The notes beneath the pieces were generated by a model. That model had not been told where the DNA came from. It made no database searches and saw only the letters and a program-made list of their open reading frames with translations. A DNA stretch of 63,920 nt, counting the filler, from Acidimicrobiia bacterium (GTDB lineage Bacteria > Actinomycetota > Acidimicrobiia > Spongiisociales > CAZKJJ01), in the NCBI GenBank assembly GCA_046759765.1. It is 6 parts of 6 records of this genome, joined end to end, with 100 filler letters (N's around TTAATTAATTAA, not from the genome) between each part and the next. Parts side by side here need not be neighbours in the genome. Positions count along the whole stretch, not along the records: positions 33,064 to 43,644 come from JBHICV010000079.1; positions 43,745 to 54,313 come from JBHICV010000080.1; 4 more parts are not named here. The stretch is one strand, 5' to 3'. Below, piece after piece: positions 40,740 through 50,499 of this stretch (position 1 is the stretch's first letter; every line of letters begins with the position of its first letter). The translations under genes and the position numbers were made by a program.

Positions 40740-42959
40740 TCAGAGTGCTATGTCCTCCGGCCGCACCGGCGCTCTCGTGAGTTCTTTGCCTGTAGCGTCC
40801 CTGATGGCCGCCACCACCGCCGGGACCGAGCTGATCGTCGGCGGCTCCCCCACTCCCTTCGCCCCGAACGGGCCCCAGTGGTCCGGCTCCTCGATCAGAA
40901 TCGCTTCGGTGGCGGGAGCGTCGAGAATCGTCGGCAGCAGGTAGTCAGTGAAGCTGGCGTTGAGGATCTTGCCGTCCGCAATCAAGAGCTCCTCCATCAT
41001 GCCCATGCCTACCCCCTGAAGGATTCCCCCCTCGACCTGTCCGATGAGCGCTTGCCGGTTCAGCACTTTGCCGACGTCCTGAGCCGTATCGACGCGCACG
41101 ACTCGGACCAGGCCGAGCTCGACATCCACGTCTACTACCGCGCGATGGGCGGCGACCGCGAAACCGGCGTGGATGTTCCCCTGCCCATGCTCGTCCGGTT
41201 CAGTGGTAGGCGGATGACGGAACGTCACGTGATGGGACACAGGACCTTCCCGGCATACCTCCTCCCAATCAGCCAAGAGGTCGTCACCCTTCCATACGCC
41301 ACGGTCGTCCAGCCGATCTCCTCCAAAGCGATCGAGGACCTCAGTACGGAGCGCGGCGGCAGCCTCGTACACCGCGCCACCGGTCATCTGCGTCTGGCGA
41401 GAAGCCGATGTCGACCCAGCCGATCCGATCGCGGAAGTGTCATCCCAGAGCACAGTCACCCGCTCGATCCCCAATACTGACCGCGCGATCTGAGCCAACA
41501 CCGTCACCATCCCCTGTCCGACCTCGACCGCGGCGGTGTGCACTTCGACTCCCTCCGACGTGATCACGACTCGGGCCTCGGCGTAGTCATCGAACCCCTC
41601 CGAGAAGGCCAGATTCTTGATCGAGAACCCGTAGCCGGTCCCACGGCGCACATGTTCCGGCCGGGTTGTGAGCCCGGTACCGCCCGGCAAGTGGAGCGGG
41701 TCGTCGCTGGTCTCCCGGTCGGGGAGCGGAATCGCCAGGAGACTCTCCAAGACCTCCCGCGAGGGGAGCGACCCCTCGATTACCTGCCCCGTCGTTGGCA
41801 TCGGATCGCCGGCCTGAAGAGCGTTCTGGAGCCGAAACTCGATCGGATCCATACCCAAGGCGGCCGCCATCCGGTCCATCTGTGACTCGTACCCGAAGCA
41901 GGCCTGAACCGCCCCGAAACCGCGCATGGCACCCGCGGGAGGGTTGTTGGTCCGAGCCGCGATTCCGTCGACCCGCACGGAATCGCATCGGTAGGGCCCA
42001 ACCGCAAAATAGGTGGCGTTGGCCATGACCGCCGCGCTGGTGGAGGCATAGGCGCCACCGTCGAGAAGGACCTTGGCCTCGACGCGCATGAGGTTGCCTT
42101 CTCTGTCGGCCTCATGCCGGTACCACATGCGGGCCGGATGCCGGTGAACATGACCGACGAAGCTCTCGTCGCGCCCATATGTCATCTTGACCGGCCGTCT
42201 GGTATGAAGCGCCAGCATGCACAGGTGTATGTGGAGGTTCAAGTCCTCACGAGATCCGAAGGCGCCGCCAATACCTGTAGGCCGACATCGCACCTGCTCC
42301 GGGCGAAGACCGAGGCTGGCCACCACCTGCGAGTGGTCGGCGTGCAGCCATTGGGAGGTTGCAAAGAGGTCGACTCCCCCCTCGCCGTCGGGAATCGCCA
42401 GTCCGGCCTCGGTGCCGAGGGGAGCCTGGTCGATTGGGGAGGTTTCGTAGAAGCCCTCCACTACGACCTCACCGTGCATGTCCTCTCCGCGCCTCACCTC
42501 TAGACGTCGGAACACGCTGTCAAGACGGTCGGCTTCTTCCGGATCCGTCAACGGATCGAGCTCCTCGTAGGAGACCACTATCGTCTCGGCCGCTCTCGCC
42601 GCCTGACCCGGATCGTCGGCCGCGACTATCGCTACGGGCTCCCCCCAGTACCGAGCCACCTGGTCGGCGAGAACCGGCTGGTCGGGTTCGTCCAAGCCAA
42701 ATGTCCGGAGTCCGGGAACATCGTCGGCGGTAAGCACTGCATGGACACCGGGTATCGCCAACGCAGGAGCGATATCGATAGAGAGAATCCTGGCGTGGGG
42801 ATGCGGGCTGCGGCACGTAGCTCCCCACAGCATGTCGTCTCGGTAGAGATCCTGGGCATAGGCGAACCGACCCTGCAGCTTCGCGGTTCCATCGGGCCGA
42901 GTGACGGACTCGCCAACCCCACCTTTGACCACCCGGCGAACGTCGACGTCGACCGTCAC
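40740..42959 (-). CDS. Xanthine dehydrogenase molybdopterin-binding subunit (PucD-like)
   Basis: GGAFGSRED, HRH, AMRGFG, SRQTQMTG and AKGVGEPP. GTG overlaps the upstream stop. Confidence 0.9.
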   Translation of the reverse strand: MTVDVDVRRVVKGGVGESVTRPDGTAKLQGRFAYAQDLYRDDMLWGATCRSPHPHARILSIDIAPALAIPGVHAVLTADDVPGLRTFGLDEPDQPVLADQVARYWGEPVAIVAADDPGQAARAAETIVVSYEELDPLTDPEEADRLDSVFRRLEVRRGEDMHGEVVVEGFYETSPIDQAPLGTEAGLAIPDGEGGVDLFATSQWLHADHSQVVASLGLRPEQVRCRPTGIGGAFGSREDLNLHIHLCMLALHTRRPVKMTYGRDESFVGHVHRHPARMWYRHEADREGNLMRVEAKVLLDGGAYASTSAAVMANATYFAVGPYRCDSVRVDGIAARTNNPPAGAMRGFGAVQACFGYESQMDRMAAALGMDPIEFRLQNALQAGDPMPTTGQVIEGSLPSREVLESLLAIPLPDRETSDDPLHLPGGTGLTTRPEHVRRGTGYGFSIKNLAFSEGFDDYAEARVVITSEGVEVHTAAVEVGQGMVTVLAQIARSVLGIERVTVLWDDTSAIGSAGSTSASRQTQMTGGAVYEAAAALRTEVLDRFGGDRLDDRGVWKGDDLLADWEEVCREGPVSHHVTFRHPPTTEPDEHGQGNIHAGFAVAAHRAVVDVDVELGLVRVVRVDTAQDVGKVLNRQALIGQVEGGILQGVGMGMMEELLIADGKILNASFTDYLLPTILDAPATEAILIEEPDHWGPFGAKGVGEPPTISSVPAVVAAIRDATGKELTRAPVRPEDIAL

Positions 42960-43417
42960 GACGACTCCGCCAGACGGCTGAGGCCGCGCAGGATGGCGCC
43001 GTAGCCCGTGCAGCGGCATATGTTGCCTGCCAGGGCCTCCCGGATCTCCCTCTCCGACGGTGAGTTGATTCGGTCGAACAGCTCGGCGGCGGCCACGACG
43101 AAGCCGGGCGTGCAGAATCCGCACTGGACTGCGCCTTCCTCGAGAAAGGCTTGCTGAACGGGATGCAGCCCAGCCTTCGAAAGTCCCTCGATCGTTATGA
43201 TCTCGGAACCCTCGGCATCCGCCGCCATCACAAGACACGAGCAGACCGGCTGACCGTCCATCAGTACCGTGCAGGCGCCGCACTCCCCTTGTTCACACGC
43301 ATCTTTGGACCCGGGAAGACCGAGCCTCTCGCGAAGCGCGAACAGAAGGCTCTCCGACCCGTGCAGGGTTACCTCCCTCGCCTCTCCGTTTATTTGCAGC
43401 ACCGTCACCGGAGGCAC
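42956..43417 (-). CDS. Xanthine dehydrogenase 2Fe-2S subunit (PucE-like)
   Basis: CEQGECGAC, QCGFCTPG and CRCTGY. Confidence 0.93.
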   Translation of the reverse strand: MPPVTVLQINGEAREVTLHGSESLLFALRERLGLPGSKDACEQGECGACTVLMDGQPVCSCLVMAADAEGSEIITIEGLSKAGLHPVQQAFLEEGAVQCGFCTPGFVVAAAELFDRINSPSEREIREALAGNICRCTGYGAILRGLSRLAESS

Positions 43418-43644
43418 CTCTCCAAGAGGCGACGGGCAAGCACACCCGAGGCGTGGCGGCGATATTCCGCCGTCGACCGCTGATCCGTTATCGGCTGGAC
43501 GGCCTCGGAGACCAGACGCGCGAACTCTCCCAGGGCTGAAGCGGACGGCTTCGACTCAGCCGAGATCATCTCTTCGGCTTCGCGGGGACGGATCATCGTT
43601 GGTCCCACCGAACCCAGCGCCACCCGAGTGGCACCGCCCTCCCC
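43405..43644 (-). CDS. Xanthine dehydrogenase FAD subunit, C-terminal fragment
   Basis: ALGSVGPT and PITDQRSTAEYRRH. Confidence 0.85.
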   Translation of the reverse strand, partial: GEGGATRVALGSVGPTMIRPREAEEMISAESKPSASALGEFARLVSEAVQPITDQRSTAEYRRHASGVLARRLLERCLR

Positions 43645-43744
43645 NNNNNNNNNNNNNNNNNNNNNNNNNNNNNNNNNNNNNNNNNNNNTTAATTAATTAA
43701 NNNNNNNNNNNNNNNNNNNNNNNNNNNNNNNNNNNNNNNNNNNN
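43645..43744. other. Artificial contig spacer
   Basis: N44-TTAATTAATTAA-N44. Confidence 0.99.
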
Positions 43745-44026
43745 GTAGGCGATGAGGTGTTCACTTCCCTCGCTACGTCGCTCAAGCTCGACGAGAATGA
43801 GCTCCGGGTAGCTGCCGGCCAGGACCCGCCGGAGCCCAAGCCACCGCCTCCTCGGACGGCGCCGACGCAACCGGCTCGGATTCCGAGCTACCGAGATGAT
43901 CGTCGGGAGATGGTCGTCTACTGGATCCGCGGCATTCTCACGGCGGCGGGGCTGATCGCGCTGTTTCTGGTTCTGGTCTGGGCCGTCGCGGGGCTCATCG
44001 ACCAGATCGGCGGGCTATTCGGCTAA
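43745..44026 (+). CDS. Hypothetical membrane protein, C-terminal fragment (possibly XRE-HTH tail plus TM helix)
   Basis: LATSLKLDENELRVAAG resembles the end of an HTH domain, followed by a Pro linker and a TM helix. Confidence 0.55.
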   Translation, partial: VGDEVFTSLATSLKLDENELRVAAGQDPPEPKPPPPRTAPTQPARIPSYRDDRREMVVYWIRGILTAAGLIALFLVLVWAVAGLIDQIGGLFG

Positions 44027-44097
44027 TGACACTTGACTGATGACCACTCTGAGTGGTACACCGACAGGGGGCGTGCTCCGGAGGCCAAGGACAAGGA

Positions 44098-44289
44098 ATG
44101 CCTCAGCAGAGCCGCCTGCAACTCGATCTCCGACGTCGCATTCTCGATTGGGCCCTCGGGCGCGACGAGCTTTCTTCACTGGATCTCAGAGAAGTTGCTC
44201 CGAAGCCCCCCTCGGCGCCACTTCCCGACTGGATCGAGCGATCGGCAGAGAAAAGGAAGCGTCCGGTCTTCGACCGCTGGCAGCGCTAA
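44098..44289 (+). CDS. Small hypothetical protein (63 aa, MPQQSRLQLD...)
   Basis: AAGGA repeats before the ATG. Fills the intergenic space. Confidence 0.45.
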   Translation: MPQQSRLQLDLRRRILDWALGRDELSSLDLREVAPKPPSAPLPDWIERSAEKRKRPVFDRWQR

Positions 44290-44295
44290 CAGGCC

Positions 44296-45342
44296 CTAAG
44301 CGGAGTCCGCCTCCGCGACGACCCCGGCCAACGTCTGCCGCACGAGATCCGCGAAGTCGCCTATGGGCCTAAGGACCGAAGCACCATTGGGCGTGGTGTG
44401 ATACTCGACGGGAACAGTGAGCTGTATCACGTCCTCTTGCGCGAGACCTCTCAAGCCCCAAACCAGCCCCACCCCTTCGGTGACCGACAGGCCTTCGTCT
44501 ACGACGACTGCGTCGGCCACGCTCTCCGCGAGGCCCACGAGCCGGGTGATATCACGCAACCGTCCCACGCGGGCAAGTAGCGCGAACAGGAGTTGCTGCT
44601 GGCGTTCGTTGCGAACGAGGTCATTCACCCCGGGCTGGGTTCGCCATCCAATGCCCTCCACATATTCGAGCGTGCGCCGCGATCTCACCCAAGCGAGGGC
44701 CTGGGCACCGTCGGCGATCGAGCAGCCGGCCGGAAGGATTACACCTTCGTAGTTGACCTTGTCGTCCCTGATCGCGTATTCGAGGCATATCTGGACCCCG
44801 CCGAAAGCGTCCACGATCTCCTCGAACCCCGCAAAGTCGATCAGCGCGAAGTGATTCACATTGGTGCCGGTGAAGTCCTCCACCGCTACCGCAAGCACCT
44901 CCGGTCCCGTAGCGGTGGTTCCGCACCCGCTCAATAATGTGTTGATGCGGACCGAGGCTCCGGTGCAAGGGCTGGGAATGTATAAATCCCGCGGTATCGA
45001 GAACAGAATTGGGCTCCCTTCCCCCGGCGGGAGCAATCCCATCAGGATGACGTCGGCCCGGTTACCTCCGAAGCCGGGTCGATTGTCGTCCCCGACGATC
45101 AGGAACGTCCGCAGCTGATCGGCCCGCTCCTCTTCGACTGACGCCACCGGGTCTTGCTCGGGAGGTTCGGCCTCAACGTCCTGCCGCAACTCGGCTCGTG
45201 TCTGTACCGGATCGAATTCGAGCTGAGAGATGCCCTCGACTGTTCGGTAAGCCGTCCACACCGACCAGCCCGAATATCCGATTACGCCGAGCGCGACAAC
45301 AACGACAGCCGCCAACACCCACTTCACCCAAGCTGCGACCAC
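44296..45342 (-). CDS. LCP (LytR-CpsA-Psr) family protein
   Basis: TM anchor, RADVI, SIPRDL, WVRSR and DL.RNERQQ. Confidence 0.93.
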   Translation of the reverse strand: MVAAWVKWVLAAVVVVALGVIGYSGWSVWTAYRTVEGISQLEFDPVQTRAELRQDVEAEPPEQDPVASVEEERADQLRTFLIVGDDNRPGFGGNRADVILMGLLPPGEGSPILFSIPRDLYIPSPCTGASVRINTLLSGCGTTATGPEVLAVAVEDFTGTNVNHFALIDFAGFEEIVDAFGGVQICLEYAIRDDKVNYEGVILPAGCSIADGAQALAWVRSRRTLEYVEGIGWRTQPGVNDLVRNERQQQLLFALLARVGRLRDITRLVGLAESVADAVVVDEGLSVTEGVGLVWGLRGLAQEDVIQLTVPVEYHTTPNGASVLRPIGDFADLVRQTLAGVVAEADSA

Positions 45343-45486
45343 ACTCGACTCCTTTCACCGGCAATCGGGCCGCGTCGATGGGTCAGATTTCCGCCTGCGC
45401 CGCGCGAGCGAGATCACCGATGCAAGTCGGCAGCCTCGATGCCGCCGGAAATCCTAACGAGCTGGAGAAGCTGTCTAGTGGCCGCC

Positions 45487-46443
45487 TCAGCCACGAATGT
45501 CGAAGCTGTGCTCGCGCATCCACTCGTCGTTGAAAACCTTGCTCAGGTATCCGCGGCCCGAATCCGGGAGAAGCACCACGACCAGCTGGTCGGCAAGCTC
45601 CTCTGCCACTTGGAGAGCCCCAACGACGGCCATCCCGGTGGACCCGCCGGTCAGCAGACCCTCTGTACTGGCCAGGCGGCGAGTCATTTCCAAAGCCGGT
45701 TCGTCTCGGACGGTGATCCAGCGGTCAATCACCTGTCTATCGAGAGTTTCCGGCCAGAAGTCCTCTCCGACTCCCTCGACCAGGTACTGATGGGGTTGTC
45801 CGTCGGCCGCGGTCGTATAGACCGATCCCTCAGGATCAACGCCGACTACGAGAACGTTCGGGTTCTGCTCCTTGAGGTAGCGGCCGACGCCGCTGATAGT
45901 GCCTCCGGTGCCGACTCCGGCGACGAAAGCCGCCAGCTCGCCATCCGTGTCCTTCCAGATCTCCGGTCCAGTTGTCTCATAGTGAGCAGCAGGGTTCGCT
46001 GGATTCGTGTATTGGTTGGGGCTATAGGCGCCAGGGATTTCGTTCGCAAGCCGCACGGCCACCTGGTAGTAGGAGGCGGGATCGTCGGGAGGTACGGCGG
46101 TGGGCGCCACGACGACCTCTGCCCCATACGCCTTGAGAAGGTCCTGCTTCTCCTTGGAGACCTTGTCCGGAACGACGCATATCACGCGGTAACCACGAAG
46201 CGCTCCGACAATTGCTAGACCAACCCCGGTGTTGCCGCTGGTCGGCTCGATGATCGTGCCTCCCGGCTTCAGGTGACCGGCCCTTTCGGCTCTGTCGACC
46301 ATGGCGAGCGCTATTCGATCCTTGACTGATCCGCCGATCCCCGTGAACTCCACCTTGGCGACCAGGTTCCCGGGGGGGTGGAGACGAGCCAATCGGATCA
46401 GGGGAGTACCGCCAACCGTCTCCATGGCGTCACCGAGGATCAC
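45487..46443 (-). CDS. Cystathionine beta-synthase-like PLP enzyme (catalytic domain only)
   Basis: GSVKDR, PTSGNTG, GTGGT, YLVEGVGEDF and PDSGRGYLSK. Confidence 0.88.
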   Translation of the reverse strand: MILGDAMETVGGTPLIRLARLHPPGNLVAKVEFTGIGGSVKDRIALAMVDRAERAGHLKPGGTIIEPTSGNTGVGLAIVGALRGYRVICVVPDKVSKEKQDLLKAYGAEVVVAPTAVPPDDPASYYQVAVRLANEIPGAYSPNQYTNPANPAAHYETTGPEIWKDTDGELAAFVAGVGTGGTISGVGRYLKEQNPNVLVVGVDPEGSVYTTAADGQPHQYLVEGVGEDFWPETLDRQVIDRWITVRDEPALEMTRRLASTEGLLTGGSTGMAVVGALQVAEELADQLVVVLLPDSGRGYLSKVFNDEWMREHSFDIRG

Positions 46444-46510
46444 GGCAGCTGCGGGGCGGCTGCGCGCTCGAGGAGGGGTGCTTCGGAGCGGCTGAGCGTC
46501 AAATCAGGTG

Positions 46511-47650
46511 CTACTCGGTCGATGGCTGGCCCTTGAGCTCGCGAGCGATCTCGGCGACGAGATGGTAACTACCGCTCAGCTTGGCTAGGTCGGCCATGTA
46601 GGTCACGTTCCAGAGGACGGCGTGGCTCAAGCCGCCCTCCTCGAGCTCCTGCAGCTCTTTCACGATCTCATCGGGCGTCCCGCTCAGAAGGTACGTTCTG
46701 GAGACCTCCAGTGGGACATCGTCGATCGCCTTGAGAGCATCGTCTCTTCCGTAGCGGGCGGGCACGTAGTCGCGAAAACCGTTCCAGTCCTCACCAAGCG
46801 GATGGCGGTAACCGAGCTTCTCGAACGCCCAGGACGGCGTCACGAGCTGCCACGCCTTGATGATGGGGTGATCGCAGATGCGATCGACTTCGAGCGGATC
46901 CTCGTCCACCACGACGTTCGCATAGATCGCACCCGTGATTTCAGCTGAGTCTCGATCCGCAGCTTGGGCGGAGGATTGGACTGCTTCCCAGCCGCTCATC
47001 CATGCATCGAGTCCACCTAAGTAGGCGGGCAGCCAACCGTCGCAGAGCCGACCCACTATGTCGAGCATGCGGGGGCCGTGGGCTCCCGACCAGATCGGCG
47101 GGTAGCGGCGGGAGCCGTCGGGAGCACTGCCGAACGGGCCCATGCCAACCACTGCGTCCTCGAGCTTCCAGAAGTCCCCGTCAAAGTCGATGGGTTCGTC
47201 GTTCTCCCAAAGACTCCTGATGATGGTGATGGCTTCCTCGAACCGGCTCACCGGCCGAGACAGGTCCAGCCCATATGGCTGGATGTTCTCGCGCTCGCCG
47301 GCTCCAAACCCAAAGATGACGCGTCCCTTGGAGAAGTGGTCGAGAGTGAGGAACTGCTGGGCGAGCATGGCCGGGTGGCGGCGGACCGGCTCGGTGACAG
47401 CCGAGCCGAGGAGCACCCGTTCGGTGTGGACGGCGGCGGCTGCCAAGGCGGCCACCGTATCGACGAAAATGTGCGGGTTGGGCATGAACGCCGAGAGAGG
47501 GGACAGATCCCAGATCGATTGTGGGTGCCAGCCCATGAGGTGATCGGGCCACCAGAGCGCGTCGAAGGGTCCCTCGTCTCCGCGCTGGGCTCCCCGGATG
47601 ATTCCTTCGACGGGCGGCACAATCGTGCCGTTGGTGCCGAGCCGAAGCAT
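46511..47650 (-). CDS. LLM-class flavin/F420-dependent oxidoreductase
   Basis: WWPDH, VTEPVRRHPA, GAGERENI.PYG and AHGPRML....DGW. Confidence 0.88.
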   Translation of the reverse strand: MLRLGTNGTIVPPVEGIIRGAQRGDEGPFDALWWPDHLMGWHPQSIWDLSPLSAFMPNPHIFVDTVAALAAAAVHTERVLLGSAVTEPVRRHPAMLAQQFLTLDHFSKGRVIFGFGAGERENIQPYGLDLSRPVSRFEEAITIIRSLWENDEPIDFDGDFWKLEDAVVGMGPFGSAPDGSRRYPPIWSGAHGPRMLDIVGRLCDGWLPAYLGGLDAWMSGWEAVQSSAQAADRDSAEITGAIYANVVVDEDPLEVDRICDHPIIKAWQLVTPSWAFEKLGYRHPLGEDWNGFRDYVPARYGRDDALKAIDDVPLEVSRTYLLSGTPDEIVKELQELEEGGLSHAVLWNVTYMADLAKLSGSYHLVAEIARELKGQPSTE

Positions 47651-47672
47651 AGGGAGACTTTAGGGGACCTGC

Positions 47673-49694
47673 TCAGGCGCCCAGCTGGGCACGCAAATCC
47701 TCCGGCGTCTCAACCGGCATCCGGCAGGTGAAGTTCTCACACACGAACGCCTGGGTTCGGCCCGAGTCGTAACGACCGCGGAGAAGGGGTACATCTGACG
47801 CGGCTGTGCCGTCTCGGTCGACCGCCAACACGAGGTGAGGCCGGAACGACTCCCAGACCACCGCGGCAAGGTCGTCTGCCTCTGGCCCAGTGACCGCGAC
47901 CTCCTTGGGAGGGGCCTGCAACATGTGAACGACGCTGAGGAGATGGCCGGCTGCAGCCGGGTAAGTGTCGATTATCTGACCACCCGAACGAACCGCATCC
48001 TCGGCTAGCTGTCGATGAAGGCTGTTGCCCGTGAACAGAGAGTCCACCAGAAGGGCCTCCGCGGCTAGTGAGTTGCCGGCCGGCAGAGGGTTGTCCATCT
48101 GCTCCTTGGGTCGGGCGACTAGTGCCTCGGCGTCTTCGCCGGTAGTAAAGAAACCGCCGTCCGGATCACGGAAGAGCTCGACGAGGTCGTCTGTCAGCTT
48201 TCGAGCCTCTCGGAACCACTCCGGCTCGGCGGTCGCCTGGTAGAGCGCAAAAAGCCCGAGCGCGTATGACGCGTAGTCGTCGGCGAAGCCGGGCACGGAC
48301 GTTCGCCCCTCCCGCCAGGAGCGCATGAGACGGCCATCGGGTCCCTTGAGCCGGTCCACGACGAAGCGGGCGTTGGCTCGTGCTGATGCCAAGTAGCGAT
48401 CGTCCGACAGGACGGCTCCGGCTTCCGCTAACGCTCGGAGCGCCAGTCCGTTCCAAGAGGCGATGACCTTGTCGTCGAGACCGGGACGTATTCGGCGAGA
48501 TCTCTCTTCGTAGAGGCGGGCTCGGGCCCTCGCCAGAGTTGCTTCCGCGTCGGTGACCGAGACACCCGCCTCGGCGGCGACATCCTCGAGGCCCTGGGCT
48601 TGGTAGAGATGATTGGCGCCCTCGAAGTTGCCACTTGCGGTCACGCCGAAGAATCTCTCTAACAGGTGTGCGCCGTCGGTCCCGACCACCTGACGAAACT
48701 CGGGCAGGCTCCAAACGTAGAACTTGCCCTCCTCGCCCTCGGAGTCGGCATCCTCGGCAGAGAAGAAGCCGCCATCGGCGTGCCGGAGATCCCTGAGGAG
48801 GTAATCCAGGGTCTCTACGGCGACCACCCGCAGCCGTTCGTCACCGAGTTGCTGCCATGCCCTCAGATACAGGCGAGCCAGCTGGGCATTGTCGTACAGC
48901 ATCTTCTCGAAATGTGGAATCAGCCATCTCTGGTCGACCGAGTAGCGGGCGAAGCCCCCGCCGATGTGGTCGTAGATCCCGCCGGCCGCCATCCGGGCCA
49001 GGGTCGTGGCGAGCATGTCGGCGGCTTCGGGAGCCCATGTCTCGTCGCTCACGCGGAGGAGGAACTCCAGGACCGGTGCCTGAGGGAATTTGGGGGCTCC
49101 GCCAAAGCCGCCATGAGTCGGGTCGAAGCCCGCGTGGAGGGATCGATAAGCGCGTTCGAGCGAATCCTCGCCCGGCAAGTCGCTCGCCGGTTTGACGTGG
49201 CGGCTAACGGTGGCCGTCAAGCCGGCAGCTTGCTCCTCGACGTCATCGCGTCGGTTGCTCCACGCGTCGGAGATAGCGGTAAGCACTCGACGGAAGGAAG
49301 GCATGCCGTGCCGCTCCACCTTCGGGAAATAGGTGCCGGCATAGAAGGGACGGCCGTCGGGAGTGAGAAAGACGGTCATCGGCCAGCCACCCTGGCCCGA
49401 CAGCGTCTGGACGGCATCCATATAGATGGCGTCGACGTCGGGACGTTCTTCCCGGTCGACCTTGATGTTCACGAAGAGGTCGTTCATCACATCGGCTGTC
49501 TCGGGATCCTCGAACGACTCGTGGGCCATGACGTGGCACCAGTGACAAGCTGAGTACCCGACGGACAGCAGGATCGGCCGATCGGTGAGCTTGGCCGCCG
49601 CGAACGCGTCCGGTCCCCACTCGTACCAGTCGACCGGGTTGTCCTTGTGCTGCAGGAGGTAGGGCGAGGTCGAGTCGCCCAGCCGGTTGGCCAT
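47673..49694 (-). CDS. YyaL/SSP411 thioredoxin-domain protein (DUF255)
   Basis: NRL...[15 protein letters not shown] and [11 protein letters not shown]. Confidence 0.93.
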   Translation of the reverse strand: MANRLGDSTSPYLLQHKDNPVDWYEWGPDAFAAAKLTDRPILLSVGYSACHWCHVMAHESFEDPETADVMNDLFVNIKVDREERPDVDAIYMDAVQTLSGQGGWPMTVFLTPDGRPFYAGTYFPKVERHGMPSFRRVLTAISDAWSNRRDDVEEQAAGLTATVSRHVKPASDLPGEDSLERAYRSLHAGFDPTHGGFGGAPKFPQAPVLEFLLRVSDETWAPEAADMLATTLARMAAGGIYDHIGGGFARYSVDQRWLIPHFEKMLYDNAQLARLYLRAWQQLGDERLRVVAVETLDYLLRDLRHADGGFFSAEDADSEGEEGKFYVWSLPEFRQVVGTDGAHLLERFFGVTASGNFEGANHLYQAQGLEDVAAEAGVSVTDAEATLARARARLYEERSRRIRPGLDDKVIASWNGLALRALAEAGAVLSDDRYLASARANARFVVDRLKGPDGRLMRSWREGRTSVPGFADDYASYALGLFALYQATAEPEWFREARKLTDDLVELFRDPDGGFFTTGEDAEALVARPKEQMDNPLPAGNSLAAEALLVDSLFTGNSLHRQLAEDAVRSGGQIIDTYPAAAGHLLSVVHMLQAPPKEVAVTGPEADDLAAVVWESFRPHLVLAVDRDGTAASDVPLLRGRYDSGRTQAFVCENFTCRMPVETPEDLRAQLGA

Positions 49695-49791
49695 GACCGC
49701 GACGGTAGCGGCTGGCAATCCGTTCTTGTGACGGCAGACGACCGTATAGGTAGTTCAGCGTCACACGAACTGGGGGAGCGAGTGACGAGGA

Positions 49792-50145
49792 CTAGCTCAG
49801 GACCTGGTTGGCCTCTTCGATCAACTCTGAGAAGTCGACGCCGGCCTCTTCGCTGAGAACGCGGCGCACTCCGGAGGACACACCCTGCAGCGCGTTGGAC
49901 ATCTTCCCGAGAACGGATCTCTGTGCCTTCATGCGTGCGGCCTCGTCGGCTGGTGTGACCAGGTCATCCACCACGGCACCTTCGGACCGGGAGGCGACGA
50001 GTGCATCCGGCAGGCCACGGACCCAGACCAAGGAGCGGCGGCCCGGCCCGCGTCCTTCCCGAACCGGCTCAACGGCCACCACCTCGTCGGAGCGGACGTA
50101 GCTCCCGTACCCGAGAGCCACGAGCTGGCCGGACTGGATTCGCAT
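49792..50145 (-). CDS. Hypothetical protein with weak RemA/DUF370-like N-terminus
   Basis: LVALGYGSYVRSDEVVAV. Leaderless promoter TACCGT-N7-ATG. Confidence 0.7.
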   Translation of the reverse strand: MRIQSGQLVALGYGSYVRSDEVVAVEPVREGRGPGRRSLVWVRGLPDALVASRSEGAVVDDLVTPADEAARMKAQRSVLGKMSNALQGVSSGVRRVLSEEAGVDFSELIEEANQVLS

Positions 50146-50293
50146 GGACTAGACGGTACCGCGGCAGGCGGGGGAATGCTCTCCGAGGTGACTACTTGCC
50201 AGAGAGCCTTCGGAGCCCATCGGTTGATAGGTGGCGCGGCCTCTCGCGTTGACCGTCGGAGGTGTTTCACCACCCACATAGCCGGGAACGGTC

Positions 50294-50390
50294 TGTGGAA
50301 AACGGCCGTTGGATATGTGGACAAGACTGTGAGCAAGCCAGGGGGCGCCAGGTCACGGACTAGTTCCTTCGGGTACTGCCTTGTGGACAA
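50294..50390. promoter_or_regulatory. DnaA-box cluster
   Basis: TGTGGACAA at 50316 and 50382 (reverse complement TTGTCCACA), TGTGGAAAA at 50294 and TGTGAGCAA at 50328. Confidence 0.6.
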
Positions 50391-50499
50391 GAAAGGGGTT
50401 CACAAGGTGGCGAATATGTGTCATATTGGTCCCCCTGGGCTAGCGGGACGGAGACCTTTCCGATACCCCTGGACTCCTTCGATGGAGGCTGATCTGTAG

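Noticed and set aside
50146..50499. Chromosomal origin oriC
   Set aside because: There are few boxes, no clear AT-rich unwinding element, and no dnaA or dnaN neighbours.
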